DNA of 49,308 nucleotides from a bacterium (GTDB lineage Bacteria; UBA8248): NCBI GenBank assembly GCA_027622355.1, contig JAQBZT010000001.1, positions 1 to 49,308 of the forward strand, read 5' to 3'. Shown piece by piece: positions 43,793 to 49,308 of this stretch (position 1 is its first letter; each line of letters starts with the position of its first letter). The notes under the pieces were generated by a model. It saw only the letters and a program-made list of their open reading frames with translations, ran no database searches and was not told where the DNA came from. The position numbers and the translations under genes were made by a program.

Positions 43793-43910
43793 CTTAGGCC
43801 CTGGGACTACATTTCCGCAGGGGCTGCTTTTTACTTTTCGTGCTCTGCTTTGGGCGGTGCTACCGGAATTTCACTTTCTCGAATCATTTTCGCTTTATAT
43901 TTGGTTGTCC

Positions 43911-45251
43911 ATGGCTGAGCTTTGGGACCGCTGCTTGGAGAAGATCCGCGAGGAGGTTTCGCCCCAAACGTTCGAGCGCTGGTTTTCAAACACGACCGCG
44001 CCCGAGCACTCCGGCGGGATCTTGACCGTTCGCGTTCCTGATGCGTTCACCGCGGAGATGCTTCGCACGCGGTACGGCGGGATTCTCGATGAGATCCTCC
44101 GGCAAGAGTCGGGGGGAGAGCTTCGGGCGAGGCTTGTGGCGTCGGGGGTGCCCGCCTCATCGCCGGCACCGCAGCCCTTCCCGGGAATCGCGGCGAGACC
44201 TCAGCCTTCGGCCTCGCCTCCCAAGAAACCGGAGTTCCTGAATTCAAAATACCAGTTTTCCAGTTTTGTTGTCGGTTCTTCGAATCAGTTTGCGCACGCC
44301 TGCAGCCTGCGGGCCGCCGAGCAGCCTGGCGAGTCCCTCAACCCCCTGTTCATCTACGGCGGAGTGGGTTTGGGTAAGACACACCTTCTTCATGGAATTG
44401 CGCATCGTATTCTCGAAAAAAATCCCATGGCAAGGATCTATTACACTTCCGCCGAAAACTTTATCAACGAACTAATCGGTTCGCTCCAGCGGAACACTAT
44501 GGCGGGATTTCGCAATAAATACCGGAAGATTGATGCTCTTTTGGTGGATGATATCCAGTTTATCGCGGGGAAAGAGCGGACACAGGAAGAGTTTTTCTTC
44601 ACCTTTAACGCGCTGTATGAGTCGGGCAAACAGATCGTCATTACAAGTGATCGTGTGCCCAAGGATACGCCTGGGCTCGAGGAGCGGCTTCGGACACGGT
44701 TTGTCTGGGGTATGATGGCGGACGTGGGTGTTCCGGATTTTGAGACCAAGGTGGCGATTTTGCAGAAAAAGGCCACTGAGCACAACTTTCCTCTCGTGCC
44801 CGAGGTGGCGCACTATGTCGCCGAGAATATTCGCTCCAACATCCGGGAATTGGAAGGTTGCCTTGTCAAGCTTATTTTCCACTCCTCGCTTCACGAGGTG
44901 GATATTGATGTCCCCATCGCCCAAGAAGTGCTGAAGCAAATCATCCTGGAGCCCGCCAAGGCGATCTCCGTAGACACCATCCAGCGGGTTGTGGCTGAAC
45001 ACTACCAGATTAAGGTTTCGGATTTGCGCTCAAAGAACCGCTCCCAGATATTCGCGTTCCCCAGACAGGTGGCGATGTACCTGTCGCGCGAACTTACTCG
45101 GGCCTCTACAACCGAGATTGGCCGCCGATTCGGAGGAAAAGATCACTCGACCGTGATTCACTCCACAAATAAGATTAAAAATCTCCTGAGCCAAGATCAC
45201 GCTTTTTCCACTGCTCTTGGACGTATTCGTGAAACTATTGAATCTTTATAG
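43911..45251 (+). CDS. dnaA: chromosomal replication initiator protein DnaA
   Basis: Trimmed to ATG 43911 (MAELWDRCLEKIREEVSPQTFERWF...). AAA+ Walker A GGVGLGKTHL and a C-terminal DnaA-box binding domain (GGKDHSTVIHS). Confidence 0.95.
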   Translation: MAELWDRCLEKIREEVSPQTFERWFSNTTAPEHSGGILTVRVPDAFTAEMLRTRYGGILDEILRQESGGELRARLVASGVPASSPAPQPFPGIAARPQPSASPPKKPEFLNSKYQFSSFVVGSSNQFAHACSLRAAEQPGESLNPLFIYGGVGLGKTHLLHGIAHRILEKNPMARIYYTSAENFINELIGSLQRNTMAGFRNKYRKIDALLVDDIQFIAGKERTQEEFFFTFNALYESGKQIVITSDRVPKDTPGLEERLRTRFVWGMMADVGVPDFETKVAILQKKATEHNFPLVPEVAHYVAENIRSNIRELEGCLVKLIFHSSLHEVDIDVPIAQEVLKQIILEPAKAISVDTIQRVVAEHYQIKVSDLRSKNRSQIFAFPRQVAMYLSRELTRASTTEIGRRFGGKDHSTVIHSTNKIKNLLSQDHAFSTALGRIRETIESL

Positions 45252-45472
45252 CTTGTGGATTTTTTGTGGAAAAACGTGTTAATTGGGGTTATTGTCATGG
45301 ATAAAATACTCTCCACATCTATGCCCTATTGTTTTTCCCCGGACTTTTCACAGAAAACAAAATATAAACAATTGATGTATATATATTTATATCGATATTA
45401 ACATATCAACAGCCCCTACTACTACTACTGATCTTAATGATTAATATATAATAAATAATAAGGGGATCGTTA
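45252..45472. other. candidate oriC (DnaA boxes plus AT-rich unwinding region) between dnaA and recF
   Basis: TGTGGATTT (45254-45262), TGTGGAAAA (45265-45273), CATGGATAA (45296-45304), CTCTCCACA (45309-45317). These are followed by an extremely AT-rich tract from about 45355 to 45460 (atatatatttatatcgatattaacatatc...) that also holds a (CTA)4 run. Confidence 0.6.
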
Positions 45473-49130
<3,658 letters not shown>

Positions 49131-49308
49131 GTTTATTGCTTTTTCGGCCCTTCCGCGGGGGCTGCCACATTCGGGGCCCAGGACCCAAGGGGTCGAGGGA
49201 GTAAGCGATGGTCACGCCCCACCTTTCTCCTGCAGTTGAAAATTTCCTTTCGTGGCAAGCCTCCCGCCACTCCGAACACCGGCTTGTTGACAAAAAGCCT
49301 GCGCCCGG

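Noticed and set aside
45415-45429. (CTA)4 trinucleotide run inside the AT-rich origin region.
   Set aside because: Too short to call a microsatellite of functional relevance. It is noted only as part of the oriC description.
49131-49308. Sequence after gyrB, containing TTGACA near the window end and a 68-aa antisense ORF.
   Set aside because: The fragment is too short and no tRNA/ncRNA structure or coding signal is recognisable. A promoter call would be guesswork because the downstream gene is outside the window.

Overview
High-GC bacterial chromosomal window covering the replication-origin neighbourhood. The minus-strand block rpmH-rnpA-yidD-yidC ... mnmE ... mnmG-parS-parA-parB-bactofilin faces dnaA, an AT-rich candidate oriC, recF and gyrB on the plus strand; no dnaN lies between dnaA and recF. 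The left 28 kb is mostly small-molecule, redox and detoxification housekeeping: MATE pump, IMPase, HAD, cupredoxin, two SDR paralogs flanking a TfoX-like gene, rhodanese, Ogt, CBS proteins, crotonase, a molybdopterin hydroxylase subunit, MetE-like protein, MBL, OsmC, Bcp, NadE, bicupin, two VOC proteins, Dam and a CN-hydrolase. Observations that a plain ORF call would miss: (1) two track ORFs at 14534..15196 are one gene read through an in-frame TGA in a G-G-U-G-S-C context, a likely UGSC-type selenoprotein. (2) A visibly AT-rich 1.2 kb segment (12494..13711) carrying a HAD-superfamily gene is bounded by a perfect 14-bp direct repeat. Removing it would restore an overlapping stop/start junction between the crotonase and a CBS gene. 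(3) A perfect 44-bp duplication of the MetE-like gene's 3' end brackets a 415-bp insert encoding a small putative lipoprotein. (4) A lower-GC Fic (class II, auto-inhibited) island is wedged between mnmE and mnmG. (5) A soluble FliG_C-like protein with two MotA-loop-like repeats sits where jag/khpB normally follows yidC. (6) A secreted Gly/His/Met-rich protein built on 27-nt tandem repeats lies between two CBS-pair genes. Two parS sites and DnaA-box clusters on both sides of dnaA are also visible. No rRNA, tRNA, CRISPR array, transposase or integrase gene was recognised. All functional calls rest on motifs read by eye from the translations, with no database search.
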